A DNA stretch of 60,990 nt, the filler included, from Sphacelaria rigidula (lineage: Eukaryota): assembly GCA_964200075.2 (NCBI GenBank). It is 7 parts of 7 records of this genome, joined end to end, with 100 filler letters (N's around TTAATTAATTAA, not from the genome) between each part and the next. Parts side by side here need not be neighbours in the genome. Positions count along the whole stretch, not along the records: positions 1 to 8,628 come from CAXNAA020010560.1; positions 8,729 to 17,356 come from CAXNAA020010561.1; 5 more parts are not named here. The stretch is one strand, 5' to 3'. The translations under genes and the position numbers were made by a program. The notes below the pieces were generated by a model that was not told the origin of the DNA, did not search any database, and saw only the letters and a list, made by a program, of their open reading frames with translations. Of this stretch, positions 1-13,004 are shown piece by piece. Position 1 is the first letter of the stretch; each line of letters starts with the position of its first letter.

Positions 1-464
1 GGAGAAATGGGACTTCAACCTCATTTTGTGTGTCAACCCCAAAAATTAGGATCGGCTGTTAAAATGCTTTTTCGGCCAAAATAAAAACTGCGGTCGTCGG
101 AATATGCGAATATGTCCTGGACTCGTCTCCAACGAGTACAGCAAGTCATTCCAAGGTGTTCAACTCCGCCTAGCTCTTTTTCAGGGCGTGAAACGACGAA
201 GAAGGACCAAAAAAGGTTTTTTACAGGACGGTTTTTTGTGTGCCATAAAAAGCGGCCTGAACGGGCTAGGGATACATCCCGAATGAATATGAGGAAACAG
301 GCATATCCTGACCTATTTTGTTGTGTAGCTCCTATGTTTAGGAGGCCTTGCATGAGAAAGATCTGGGCCTAAATGTGCAACTCCTACCGTAACATTTTTC
401 CTCTCTGTTGTTCTTGGGGGTGATCATGATGTTATCGGGCGCTTGCGCTGCTGGAATGAAACCG

Positions 465-1133
465 TGTTATGAGATGCGAAACGTGCACGTGAACCCTAAG
501 TTATTTAGCATGAATATTTCATTTGTTATTTTCATGATCGTCCTCAACGACGCGCAAAAGTGATATTTGTCTTTTTTTATCTTAATTTTTCTCGCGTTTT
601 CCGTGCAGTATATCATCTGCTCGTACTATCAATTTGGAGACGTGCACGTATCATGAGGAAGGAAGATAGAGAGGCGTTATTTGTTCCTACAGAAAGGTTT
701 GGGGCAGGTTGGCTCACATCCGATCTGTCCATGAGGATTACTCCCATGGTTTTGGGGAAGGTTGGCATGCAGGCTTACGTACCCTAGCCCCGACAGGGAG
801 GAACGCCTTCTCGGGCCCAGGTCAGATAGGTTGCGTTGCATGCATCCTCGGTCACTCTCTGAGCTGCCCTCCGAGCTGGACCATCTGCTTCTACTGCTTA
901 CCTTTGGTGAGAACAGTACGCTAGGCGAGCAAGAGAATAATAAGCGAGAATTACAAGATATCAAGCCTTGGAGTTCCTTTTGTCTGTTTGCTACTGTTGA
1001 CCATCAGTCACGTGAACCTGTGTGTGTGAAACACACATCTCTCGGACACATCATTGCACCTTGTGCATAGTCTGCAGCACATTGATCAATCAAGAAAGGT
1101 GTGTGGAGCATGTTCATACCTATCCCTATTACA
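465..1133 (+). repeat. Putative 5' LTR
   Basis: Ends ...CTATTACA at 1133, one base before a TGG-starting PBS-like site. The TGTTAT start at 465 is a guess because the 3' LTR is not in the window. Confidence 0.45.
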
Positions 1134-1134
1134 C

Positions 1135-1152
1135 TGGCGTTGACTCAATCGG
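1135..1152 (+). promoter_or_regulatory. Putative primer-binding site (TGGCGTTGACTCAATCGG)
   Basis: TGG (complement of tRNA CCA) directly after the CA LTR end. TGGC implies a tRNA with a G discriminator; the cognate tRNA is not identified. Confidence 0.5.
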
Positions 1153-1934
1153 CCGTGTCTTGCTTGGTTTTTCAGTAGCCATCCACTCGTATTCTTGTAG
1201 CCTCGTTGCCTTGTTCAGTTGTCTCTTTCTGTAGCCTACGTCTGCTGCTCCCACTTTTGGTTCACCCTGTAATTTTCCTCTTGTTAGTAACAGTTTCAAC
1301 AGTCCTTGGTTTACATTTAGGTTCCAGAGTGCTTTCGTTTTTGCTGTGTTACAGTGCTGTCTTTCTGCATCCCGTCAGTTGCATTTCCGCCGCAGCAGCC
1401 ACAATTGCGCCTCCGCCGCTGGTACCCTCTGTCGTTTGTCCTTCTCTTTCTTTGGTCGCTCCTTTTGCTCCGTTGTCATTGTCCTCCTGCTCCGCATCGC
1501 TTGACGAATACGTCCAGCACTGTGTCAGATTGTTCGGTGTGCCCCTTGCAGGCAGTTGACATTACACCTTAGTGGACAGATCCAAAACGCGCCGCTTTTA
1601 TCTTACGGCGCAAGTGACTATACCTTTCTCCTTGCAGGACGTTGACACCTGTGTGCCGCTGCTGTGTTTATCTTGAAGTATCCCCTCACCCTTGACACTG
1701 ACTGTTTTCGTGTTTTGGTTCTCCGCTTGCAACCCACACGCTTACTTTTTAGGTGCAACAAATGTGTAGGCCGTAACTGCCACTCCACCGTGTCGCAGTA
1801 CTGTCGTGCACATTATCTGTTCTTCCGCGTGACAACCTGCCCTAAAACAATTGCCATTTATCGGTGCTGTACTTCTGTCACCGCACCCTCCATCAGGTTT
1901 CTACAACACCCTAGCCTCGCTTCTACGTTTTTTC

Positions 1935-2165
1935 CCTGGGTGTGCACTACGCGATCCACTTTTCATCTTTGGGTTTTACATTACGCGACGCGCTTTTAAT
2001 CTTTTGTGTGTGTACTGCGGAATACATTTTTTTATCTCTCGTGTGTGTACTACGTGACACATTTTTCTCTTTTGGTTCTGTACTGCGGATCCACCCTTTG
2101 GTTGTATCCCTCGTTATCCACCTTTTTCCTCTTTGGCGCTGTACTACCTGGTTCATTTTACGATT
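1935..2165 (+). repeat. Degenerate ~33-bp tandem repeats in the retrotransposon leader
   Basis: About 5-6 units resembling TGTGTACTACGCGAT.CAC/CATTTTT..TCTTT(G)G. Confidence 0.6.
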
Positions 2166-3170
2166 TACTGTTATTTTTGTTTCAAAATTTCGTATCCCCC
2201 TGTAATCTTTTCAGTTTGGCGCCTGATCTGCACCACCATTAGTGTTCCAGTCGGCTGCTACGGCTGTCTCCTCTCGGACCCCTGCACTTTAATTCAGTGT
2301 TTAGCACCCGCGCTGCCGCCTTTTTGATTCTTTTTCTCGGCTAAATTTTGGTGTCTACTTTCGCGGTCTCGAGTTGTGCTTTCCTACACCTCCTGTGTGC
2401 GGTGTACTACTTGCACCACTGAAGTTCAGTGTGTGCCTGGCCACTGAAGTACCTTTGTTATATTTGACGTGCACAGTGCGCCCGTCGGATATCTGTCCGG
2501 GTGTCTGCCTCCTTTCATAGTCGCCTCATTGTTAGGTTTTGCTCTCGCATCGCCCACCTTTCTTGCGACAACTATTGGTTTTGTCTGTAAGTTTGTTCCT
2601 TTGCAACTATTAATACCTGTGGTACACCTTCAGTGCGCCTCCCTGCGGTCCCCCATACACGGTTCCCTCTACAGGTGTTGTATTTCTGCCGCAGTTCCTC
2701 CCTTTTCGGCGTTTTGCTTCAGTTCTTCATCTTTTGCTCTGCTGTCTGCCCATTCGGTACTTGAAAATTGCCGAGATTACGCTGATTGTTATTATCACAG
2801 CAGTTTACTGTACTTCGGCATACCCACCATTACAAGTTTTGTAGTCTTTACTGCTAATTTTTTCGGCACTTGCATTTCGAGCTTGCGCTACCTGCTTTTG
2901 TTACACCAGCCTATTGTACTCTGGTTTTTAGCGTCCATTTCTACCTTTTCAATTTTATTTGACGCAACCGAATAAAATATTTCTCCACTCGGCCCTTCCT
3001 CCTTACAAATCCTTACGCCGTCAGCGTTTCCTTTCATCACTTCCTCCAAAATCATTCACTCTTACTTCTCCTGTTCACGAAGAAGTGAAATCCGACAGAG
3101 CTTCGATCCTCCATTCTGGCGACTACACGTCTCGAGACTTGGCTTCTACTGGTGACCACGACCGCCATTT

Positions 3171-3440
3171 GTCCAAGACTTCCAACATGATCGACGAGCC
3201 GCTACGCGTTCGCTCTGTTGCGAAACATACACCGTCCAAGACTTCCGACATGATCGACGAGTCGCTACGCGCTCGCTCTGTTGTGAAACGCACACCGTCT
3301 CGGAGTTCCAACATGCCTGACGAGTCGCCACGCGTTTCCACTGCTGTGAAACGCAAACCGCTGCAGGCTACCGCCGCGGTTATCGACTCACTCCGCGCTC
3401 GCGGTGTTGACGAACGGCACTCGTCCATGCCTTCCGACGT
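3171..3440 (+). repeat. 63-bp (21-aa) coding tandem repeat, about 4 copies
   Basis: Units start at 3171, 3234, 3297 and 3360: SKTSNMIDEPLRVRSVAKHTP / SKTSDMIDESLRARSVVKRTP / SRSSNMPDESPRVSTAVKRKP / a more degenerate fourth copy. Confidence 0.9.
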
Positions 3441-6400
3441 TTTCGGCACGCCGCACAACGATTCCGATGCCTTGCCACGCCCGCGACGACACGACATGCA
3501 TCGTGAGGACACTTCTGTTCGCCAGCCCTCGCGCCGAACATCCTCCTCGCGTTTTGGCCGCTCAGAAGAGCCTTTCACCGGACACTTGCCTTTAGTCACG
3601 GCTCTTGAGCACTTGCTCCGTTCATCACCGGCTGTCATTTCTGATGATCCGGCGACGACTGCCCTCTCACAAGCGCTTGCGGCCGCGTTTCACACAGCCG
3701 TTCACCATTCGGCGTCTTCAGATCATGTTCACTTTAACAGTAGTGCGAACCAACGGGCCTCTGTCCCAGCGCCTGCAGACCCTGATGACGCACGTTCGAC
3801 CTCTGATGTTCCCTCTGATTTGGATTCGGATGGTGACAACATTGTTCACCATGGTGATAGTACTACGCACGTTCATGACGTACGTGCTCTGTTATCAGGA
3901 TTATCATCAACCACGGGATCCTCACGACCTAAATCTGTCGATCAGATCCATGTGCGTTCACGACTGCCCGTAGATGCTTCGTTGACTGACCTTCACGCAC
4001 ATATACGCGACGGACGCAGCACTAACCGTGCCCTTCCGCCCCATCCTGATGCTGCCACTGTGCGTGCGGTGGAACGACAAATTGCAGATCTTCGTCGATA
4101 CCTGCGATCTGGTTCCACCATGGCTAACAACCCGGCACCTTCAACCACCGCTCCTATCGCGGCCACTTCAACTACTGCGGCTGCGCACATCGATACGGAT
4201 GCTGAGAGCATCCGTGTCACGCCCCCCGCCCCCAACGCGGCAGCAACTGCAGCTCCCGACCCGGCGGCCACGGATGACACCCCTGTCACGGCCACTCATG
4301 CGGTATCGGACACTTCGCCGCAGGATGCTACTGCCACGGGTCCGGCTCTGGCGCCTGCACCAGGGTCTCTCACGGACAACCGCCCCCTGTTGGGCGTCGA
4401 GCATTGCCCGCTGGGCCTCCTACCCCGGCTCTGGTTGCGTGGTCCCCGCTCAGACCAAGAGCAAATACTCGCTGGGTACCAGGCAATGCAACCGGCCACG
4501 CCCCTTGCGCCGCCCTCACCCCGCCAATCGGCGGAGGCCGCTGGTCATAATCTCCTTCTCGACGACTTCACGGCACGTCTCACGCGCCAACGTCGAGCCG
4601 TCGACTCGGCGACCAGCCGCCAGCAGGCGGCCCAGGAGACTTTGAATGAGCGTCTCGCTGCGTTTGAAAAGATGCGTGAATGCATTCGGCGCGGTGAACA
4701 ACGTTTGCGCCATTACACTGCGGCCACGGCCACCGCCGCCTCGGCTCTACGCTCTTTGGAACAGGAGCAACACCTTCCTCTTCTGAGGACAACGCCGACA
4801 GCGTCAGCGTCTGCGCCTACTTCTGCACTTACAGGCTCAGCGGAGACCCGCCAGCCCTCGCGCCCATACGCTGCTGCTGCCGCTCCTACAGCCTCGCCTG
4901 CGCGCACCCCGCCAGCACTACCGCAGGTCCCTCAGGCCTCGACGCCCCCTGCCCTCCCACCTTGGCTCCGCCTTCAGGGCAGCGAACGTTCTTGGCTTTC
5001 TTGGACGTTCCGCCAACTTTCGGGTAAGTACCACCGCAACAACGTTCTCCGCGCCTCCGAGCAGGCTTGGCGCTCGCTCACACTGCCCATTAACAGTGTG
5101 ATCGTCCCTTTCCTTCGGCAAGGAGGACAATTGCCAAACAACGATCCGGGCGCCCTGACCATCGAACGCCTCGTACTCTACCTTACGATTGGTATCGGGG
5201 ACAATCGCCCCCACTTACGAGACCGTCGTCGCTGCCCTTTTCACTGCTGTGCGTGCCGCCCATTACACGCTACCACCCGACGATGCTGATGACTGGATCA
5301 CACCCCACCCCTCTCATCACCGTCGTGATGACGATTTCGACGACGACCAATCCGGCGCCGAACCACGCCGCGGACAGGAGGCCAACCGTAAGAACAACAA
5401 CGGTCGCCGTACAACCCGGGGCAGCCATAAACGCTCTGGCAACCAGTCTACAAGCTCGTCTACATCCAGACACCGTCAGTACGCCCCAACGCGATCCGCA
5501 CGGCCCTCATCGGCCGTCAGGCAAGTAACGCCTCCTTCAGCAGATGCGTCTGCTCGCCTTCTTGGTGTTGCGGATAGTGATAGTGACAATTTGGCTCGCC
5601 CATTGTCTTCTACCTCGGCTCGATCACTAGCTGCTGCCGCCGCAGCCAAACAACAAGCTGCCGCTGATAAAGCCGCTTCCGATACTCGTAGAGAAGCATC
5701 TCGTGTCGGTGCAATCAAGCGTGAGTACTTACAGATGGATGTAAAAAAACTCTGGCATATTAGAACCAGGCCTGCAGCAGATAATGAGGACTCCGGTCAG
5801 TTTACATCCGCTCTCATTTCCTCAATGTGTCGAACTATGCGTAACATCCTTGAGTTGGCCGACGCAATTGGACAACAACGTTTCGAAGACTCTGACTGGA
5901 TTGATGAATGGCAAACCCCGTTACATAAGGCTTTGCATCGCTAAATCAGCCGTCGCTCCCCTGACGTCGCTGCTTCCTTGACGCAGATTCTCGACTTCTT
6001 CTTCCAAGCGATGGTTCAAGATTGTGCCGGCGAGCAAACAGTGCCGCTACTATTCGGCAATTTGAAAAGGCGCATTATAAGTTATTTTGATAAGTCCGAT
6101 CAGGCCGGCGCTATCAAGCGCCTCAGTTCCTTCGCCGTGGCAACAGACGTGCCCTTTGCTAACTACCTACGTGACTTCAAGCCTTTGGTGTCAAGTGTAA
6201 CTGGTACTGGCCGACAGAATGGCCCTAGTGATGCTATGTGTCAGACGTATGTTCGCAATAGTATCGCTCAGCAAGTTCCGACGCTGATGCCGTCTTTGTT
6301 TCCGGGCGCTTTGGCGCACAAAGAGGTGCCTTACGCCTCCGTAGACGCAATGTGGACTGCGTTTGTAGATCAAGAACATAATTTAACGCCTGCCATTCGT

Positions 6401-7086
6401 GGCACACAGTGTTCTTCTGGGTCTTCGCAGACCTTGCGTGCCGCATCCACGAGTACCTCCGGGTATCGTGGACGTACTCACACTTTGTCCAGTACTACTT
6501 GGACAGCCAACTCTGTCGGTGGATTGGTCATGTCTGTTCACAGCAAAAAAGACCCGTTCCGAGCAAGCTTAGACGCTTGGCCTTATTCGGCAGACACTTT
6601 TGATGACGTTTATGTCGTGTCCACAACTGCTTTCATCACGGATGACCCACATTTGTGGACCCCTTACTTTCGCCTTCGGTTCGCACGGATGCCTTTCGTC
6701 GCCATGCTGACACATGCATCAACTGCAATGTTACTGGCCACAGTATGCGTGACTGCCCTGAACCTTGCTTTAATACTTTTTCGCTCATGAACCCTGAACT
6801 TCAGAGCAACGAGCCGGCGTGGCGCCGATGGCAAAAACACATGCGCGAGTATCGTACACCATCTCGCCACCACCGTCAGCCTTACCACAATCATAGCGAC
6901 TCTCGCTCAAATCGCGACCATCGCCACACCATCACCACCATCTTAGGTACTCGCCATAGAGATGGTTCTTTCCGCCCTTCTCAGTCTTCGCAGGATCATC
7001 ACCAGCGAACGGGACCGAGTCACGACAACTCAAACCCCAATACCAGAAACCCTGGTTCTTTCATTACGGATCGCAACGACCCATGA
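3187..7086 (+). pseudogene. gag: Disrupted long gag (~1300 codons): N-terminal 21-aa repeats, low-complexity and coiled-coil region, gag-like core, CCHC zinc knuckle
   Basis: ORFs 2959-5289, 5189-5944, 5978-6790 and 6655-7086 join through a frameshift at ~5195, an in-frame TAA at 5942-5944 and a frameshift at ~6660. The first in-frame ATG is at 3187. Confidence 0.75.
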
Positions 7087-8628
7087 CACGCCGACGACGG
7101 CGTGAAGTCTTCGGCGCCGCCGATAGCAGACTCGAAGGCTCATCCAACACACACCGCCGCTCGGGTGACAAAACGTTCTCACCCGAACTCTTCAACACTA
7201 TGTAGGAGATCTAATGACGGCCGTTCTTCTCGATCCTCGTCTTTATCTTCATACACACAGCGTAACCGTTGTGTTGACCCACCACCCAGCTTTATGCTTC
7301 GTTCCAGACTTGGTCCTCCGGAACTAAGTATAAATCTGAGGTGTGGGAAAACCGACCGCGGACCCTTGAGGCACAGGCTTCCCTCAACGACCGCACGCAC
7401 CGGTTGTAGCAGACTTCCTTCAACTGGTTCTGGTGTTGATGGTTTGAAACTGACCACTCCAAATCCTTCGACCCCTAATCAGCCTGATCGCAGTCGTTCT
7501 TCGCGCCACCCTTCTGCCGCGAAACTACCCAGACATACAACGGACAACATTCGTCCCCTTTCACATTTAGCAGTGCTCTTTGTACCGAGCTTGCCAGCGG
7601 ACAGTCCACAAGTTTCGGCCGAGCATGCCCCGATGCGGACAACATCACCTCAACTGGACGCAGTTGCAGTTTCCCAAGAATTCTTGGAAGTTCCCAGCCA
7701 TTTGTCACGGCACGAGAGGAAGCCTCGTCGTCATGCCCTCAAGGAAGCGCGAGCATTGATATGTACCCCTCCCGTCAGCGGAAAATTCCGACCTCACTCT
7801 CCCCAAAAAGCGGCGACTTTGAGCTCGAGGACACTGCCAGGCATCCAAGAGGAATCCAAATCGGACCTTTCAGACGGTACCGCTCCCTCCACTGATGGCC
7901 CCCGTGGCACTTCGCAGCAACCTATCTTCAATGATGACCCTTGTACTTCCAAGCCAGTCATCTACGAGATTGATCAAAATCCTGATTCACGCTGCCCTTC
8001 ACGATCGGATAACGCCTCCGCGCTGTCTACCGATACCTTTGAACCCCCCGCGGATCACCCGCCATCCGTCTTCACGGTCAGTCCGACTAATCCTGACCAA
8101 TGAACGTTATCTGAACATGGCCCTGACCTCGTTGGTGGTAAGGTGTCCGTTGATCCTGCCACCTTCACTACCCGCGTAGCATTACATTGCGACCCTTACG
8201 TCACCACGCGCGCCAAGTGCGTCTCGTTGTTAGACAGCGGTAGTCCACAGACATTCATCAAAGAATCCATGTGGAATCATATAAAGCAGACTAGCGCTGC
8301 TTCCGATGTTTCCGAAATCATCACCCAACCTCGCGTTTGGGGCGGTTTCGGCGACTCCAAAACACCCTTGACGACACAAAAGTGTGTTCGTCTTAGTGTG
8401 CAATTTTTCCACAATGATACACGTTCGGCTAGTCTCGCAGTCTGGGCTTACATCGTCCCTGATCGCACCTCCTCCTGGGCAGAGATAGCTACATGCGGTT
8501 CGACCAACGTACGTACCGCACACTCCCACCATTATCGCCTCAGTCGGCGCCTCGTGGAGAACTCCAACTAGAACACTTTGGTACCCTCAGTGGTGCCTTA
8601 GCCTACAAAAAGAATGAGCAGGCTACCG
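7087..8628 (+). pseudogene. pol: 5' part of pol: long S/P-rich spacer and retropepsin-type aspartic protease, disrupted
   Basis: Same frame as the zinc knuckle, with an in-frame TGA at 8101-8103. KCVSLLDSGSPQTFI is the catalytic motif; after a frameshift at ~8465 the sequence reads HLLLGRDSYMRFDQRTYR, the C-terminal LLGRD protease motif. Confidence 0.8.
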
Positions 8629-8728
8629 NNNNNNNNNNNNNNNNNNNNNNNNNNNNNNNNNNNNNNNNNNNNTTAATTAATTAANNNNNNNNNNNNNNNN
8701 NNNNNNNNNNNNNNNNNNNNNNNNNNNN
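8629..8728. other. Artificial scaffold linker (N44-TTAATTAATTAA-N44); identical linkers at 17357-17456, 26085-26184, 34812-34911, 43539-43638 and 52265-52364
   Basis: Six identical 100-bp spacers with stop codons in all frames separate segments of non-increasing length (8628, 8628, 8628, 8627, 8627, 8626, 8626 bp), as expected for size-sorted concatenation. Confidence 0.97.
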
Positions 8729-10020
8729 CCAACTCGTCTGTGTCGATGAGATATTGCTTTTAGAGCTTGAATCCGTTTTTAGGCTGGCCCAGCTCGTACT
8801 GCGTTTTCTTGTGCGCAGGTCACAGAACGACCAGCGTTTTCAGAAAATTATAACTCCATAGCCGCACTGATTTGCATTCCGAATGTCGGCTGCTGTAATT
8901 CAACTACACCGGCACAGACAACGGGTAAATGAGGTCAGTTGTAAACTCTTCATTTTGGTTGCGCTAAATATTTATGAACAGCCCCGACTATAGCCGCCGC
9001 GGGGCGGAAAAGGTTTTAATTTGAAATCTCAAGTTTAGAGATGACACAGGAAATCGCTTGAGACTGCCAGAAACACAAGAATCAGCACAATGAACGCGAG
9101 CCGAGGTACTCGATACGTGCGCGAACAAACCGAGAGGAAGACAAGCACGGTACCGTTAACACGCCTCGCTCTTTGGAAGGGGGGCAGGGTAGTACAAGAG
9201 AAGCGTTATTTTAGAATGACGCACCTATATCTAGCTGCGTTGCTCCGACAAGCGGTGGTGTCACCCGCAGTTGCGTTGTACGCTAGGCCGCTGTGCAGCG
9301 GCCAACACACGGATCGTCTACATCGCGCCAAGGACCTCGGCTGGTGGCCAGTGCACAGGCGGCTGAGGCGAAGTCGATGCCCACCGCCAGTGTGGGCGCA
9401 GCGTGATGGCATTGTCTATGGACGACATACAAAACAAGGATCGGACAAAGATACGGACAAGTACCGCAAAATACATTGCGCACGTTCCCCCGTGATGGAT
9501 GATTCGTTGTAAATGTAGAGGTCCGCACTACATTGCACTACATCGTACATGAACAATCGTCATGAGGATAGTTTTGATCGACGGGCGCTACAGGAAAAGA
9601 CCCGTACAGACAAGTGTAGAACTGTTCCAAACGTAAGGTCATGACAGTATGTGCACTTCTTCTGCGGGACCGTCACCCGAAAATATTATGCTACAGCGAG
9701 GCTCGGCGCTAGAAAGGTGAACCTTTTCACCAACAGAGTGGGTCCTCTGTTGATTCGACAACATTACCACTTGAAAACTAGATTTGATACCCCGATCGAC
9801 CACCCTGGGCGTCAAAGAGTTGATCCCTTGATGGCCACGCGTGGTCATCTGTTCTAACGGGAAGATTTCGCTTGAACCCTGACCGGACGGCTCGGAAGAC
9901 CTACCGTAAAGATCAGACGGTTAGTTCCAGGCATGAATGTCATGTCAACCCTGCAAGCTGGGCCAGCCCACACAGAGATCTGTATTTGAATCTGGACCTA
10001 GCAGCCTATTAAGAAGAGTT

Positions 10021-11165
10021 CAAGGGTAGGTCGAGTAGAGTATACTCAATACTCAGTATTTTTGAAAGTCATTATTTTCGTACTTGAATTTTGAGTAGAT
10101 TATTTGAGATCATAATCAACGTACTCGAAACTTGAGTAGAGTATTTGAGGCCGTACTTAACGTACTTGAAAAAAGAGTAGAGTATTGAGGTCATTCTCAA
10201 GCGATACTCGTATACTCGAGTATTACTGAGGGTGCTTACTCAATATTTAAGTAGAGTATTCGAGGTCGTACTCGATCTACTCAAAACAAATGAGTAGAAT
10301 ATTAGAGACCATACTCGACCTACGCAAAATTTGAGTAGAGTGTTTGAGGTCGTACTCGATCTACTCAAAATTTGAGTGAGGTATTTGAGGTCGTACTCTT
10401 CGTACTCAAAATTTGAGTAGAGTATCGGAGGCCGGGTCCGATGTACCAAAACCTGTAACTTGAACGTCTTCCTTCCTCTGGCGACTGTCGCGATGTTTTC
10501 TCGTCTTGCACTGTTTCCACCCCTGAGTACGCCCCCCCCCCTGACTCCCCCATAAAGGAGTCACATATGTGGCCAGTAGAGTCACTCATTTTGATGAAAC
10601 CTACTCGACTAATCTTCTATTCAATTACTCCATAATGGTGAGTAGCGCTCTGTACTGAAAGCAATATCGAAGGCGTTGCGAGCTATCGAGTATGAACTAC
10701 CGTGGGTGGGGGTGGGGAGATCGGGCGCTGGGGCAGGTAGGTTCATTCACCTGCACGTTTTTTTTTATGACCATCGTTCGCCCATGCATTCAACATAGTC
10801 TGTAAAGTGACATCACAAAATCGGCGACGGTCAGGGGTACTCACCATACCCAAGAGTACCTGTATACTCGAGTATTAGTGAGAGTGCTTACTCAATATTT
10901 GAGTAGAGCACTTGAGGTCGTACTCGATCTACTCAAAATTTGAGTAGAGTATTTGAGGCCGTACTCGACGTACTCAAATTTTGAGTAGAGTATTGAGGTC
11001 ATACTCAGGTGATACTCTATCATCGAGTGTTGCTGGGTGTGCTTACTCAATATTTGAGTAGAGTATTCGAGGCCGTACTCGACCTACTCGAACGTCGAGT
11101 AGTGTAAATACTCGAGTATTTTACTCGAGTACTCAAAAGTACATATTCTACTCAGCCTACCCTTG
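10021..11165. mobile_element. Non-autonomous TIR DNA transposon with an 8-bp TSD (hAT- or P-like)
   Basis: TIR CAAGGGTAGG(TC/CT)GAGTAGA(G/A)TAT at both ends; perfect TSD GAAGAGTT at 10013-10020 and 11166-11173; internal ~41-bp repeats TACTCAAAATTTGAGTAGAGTATTTGAGGTCGTACTCGATC; no ORF. Confidence 0.9.
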
Positions 11166-13004
11166 GAAGAGTTGGACTTGAAACTTTGTATCGGACATCG
11201 CGGGTGCATGACGAAATAAACGATTGTGAATGTTTTCATGCCATGGGTCAAGGACAAAAGCAATGCCCATTTTTCATACAAATAGCCTCATCTTACGATG
11301 ATACTCATGAAAATGATCCACAGCGACTGCGCTCACAATCAGCCGGCGATACGACTTCATGCCAAGTCTCGAAGCGCAAATCTCGAACCTGAGGTTCTAG
11401 ATCGAGATTCAGTGCCTCCATGTGAAATTTTTAGATGATCATCAGCTCACCAGGGTGAGGGTTATCGAGGTTGGCAAAAACAAATTAGGTAAAGGTGGGG
11501 GTTCCGGTTGTTTCCCCGCTCCCCAAGCAATGTTCGTAGCAGAAATCGGCGTCATTCGCTGATTGAACTGTGACGGGGCTTCGTGTAGACTTCCGTAATG
11601 GGATATCCCCCCACCTTGCGCGTTAAATCAAAGAGGGAGCGTCGTACAGGGTTGAGGAGTCAATGGGCATTGCCCTTTGATTGGGCGATTACCAACATGT
11701 GCAAATCACAGCCCAATTCGTCTGCGTCGATGCAATTTGTCTGTGACAGTGTGAGTTATTTTACAGCCTGGCTCCTCTCTTGGAAATCATGAGGGGGGAT
11801 GAAATGAACAGTGCTCTGAGCATTACGGAATTCGCAGGTTTCGACGTGAACTCTTGGCTAAAGCCTCTGCAGGTTGGGTGGTCCCTTCTCTGACAACAAG
11901 AGGTTTGCTGTCGGAGGTCGTACGGCATGGCTGTCACCGGCGGCACACTGACTGATACCTGACTTGTTGAGGCATTTCAATTGATGGTTTGTCTCGGCAA
12001 CAATCGTCAGATAGATCGTCGATTGCTGTACATTTTGTTTTTCAACACCTGCGTTGTATTGTACTTGGTTGTTTAAGCTTATGCGTATCGTTTCACGGTT
12101 TATTCCACCAGGTACAATACTTCTGCCTACCAAACCCTTTGCGGTAAATGTGTCTCTCACCTTGCCGCCCTTCGAAGCAAACGGCTGCTCGTTGTGGGTG
12201 TGTCGGACTGACGTATGTTCTTGCAACGGGAAGGTTATGAGACATGTGCCTCATCACCGAAGCACGTTCCCCTCTAATATTTTTTCTTGTTGAGCAGCAA
12301 CCCTAGAGGCGATGACTTGAAAGCACAGCCCGATCGATGCGCGTTTAAATATTTCCTGATGGATTTTCATCTGCCGAGTCATTCAAACAAATCAGAGGCC
12401 CTTCAGTATGGGACTTTGGGGAATCTAGCGCCAATGAAATGCGATATTTGAAGTGAACCATCGGATGTAGTAAAGACAGCTTGCGATTGGCTAGCAGACT
12501 TGAGTCACATCTGGACTGTACGTGATACGTACATGAATGTACAGTCGTGCTGAGACGGACGGAGCAGCAGCAGAGAAATGAAGCAGAAAGCAGGAAGCAG
12601 ACAAGTAGAGAGCGAGTGGTTTGTTGCCGCCGCAGGGGATCTATACAATGCTCGTGTACAGGTATATCCCCATTTTACTAGTATGTATGGTTGCGTCTTT
12701 CCGTGGACACGAATCCTGGCGCCTGCCAGCAGCAGCGGCAGCTATGCAGCCCGGTGCAATCAGTACCTTGGCGGTGCAGTAGCATACCCGCGTCGTCCTG
12801 TACTTTGCTCCTTTCATCGGAGCACGGGGTCTGGCCCAGCCGGTCGAGCAGTGTTTACATGCGCTGGTTATGTGTCTTCAACCAACCATTTTTGGTATCG
12901 CGCAAATGATGGGTCTGCGCCAGCAGTAGCGGCAGCTATGCTACCCGTTGCAATCAGTACCTTGGCGGTGCAGCAGTATACCCGCGTCGTCCTCATCGGA
13001 GCAC

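Larger units (their letters stand above)
465..8628 (+). mobile_element. Degenerate Ty3/Gypsy-like LTR retrotransposon, 3'-truncated by the scaffold end
   Basis: Order is putative LTR (TG...CA), PBS-like site, gag-like ORFs with a CX2CX4HX4C knuckle (CINCNVTGHSMRDC), then an aspartic protease (SLLDSGS and LLGRD motifs). RT and integrase lie beyond the scaffold. The left boundary is uncertain (TG candidates at 430, 465 and 682). Confidence 0.85.

Noticed and set aside
10030..11150. CRISPR-like array of palindromic ~41-bp repeats
   Set aside because: The units abut without unique spacers, there are no cas genes, and they lie inside a TIR/TSD element in eukaryotic DNA.
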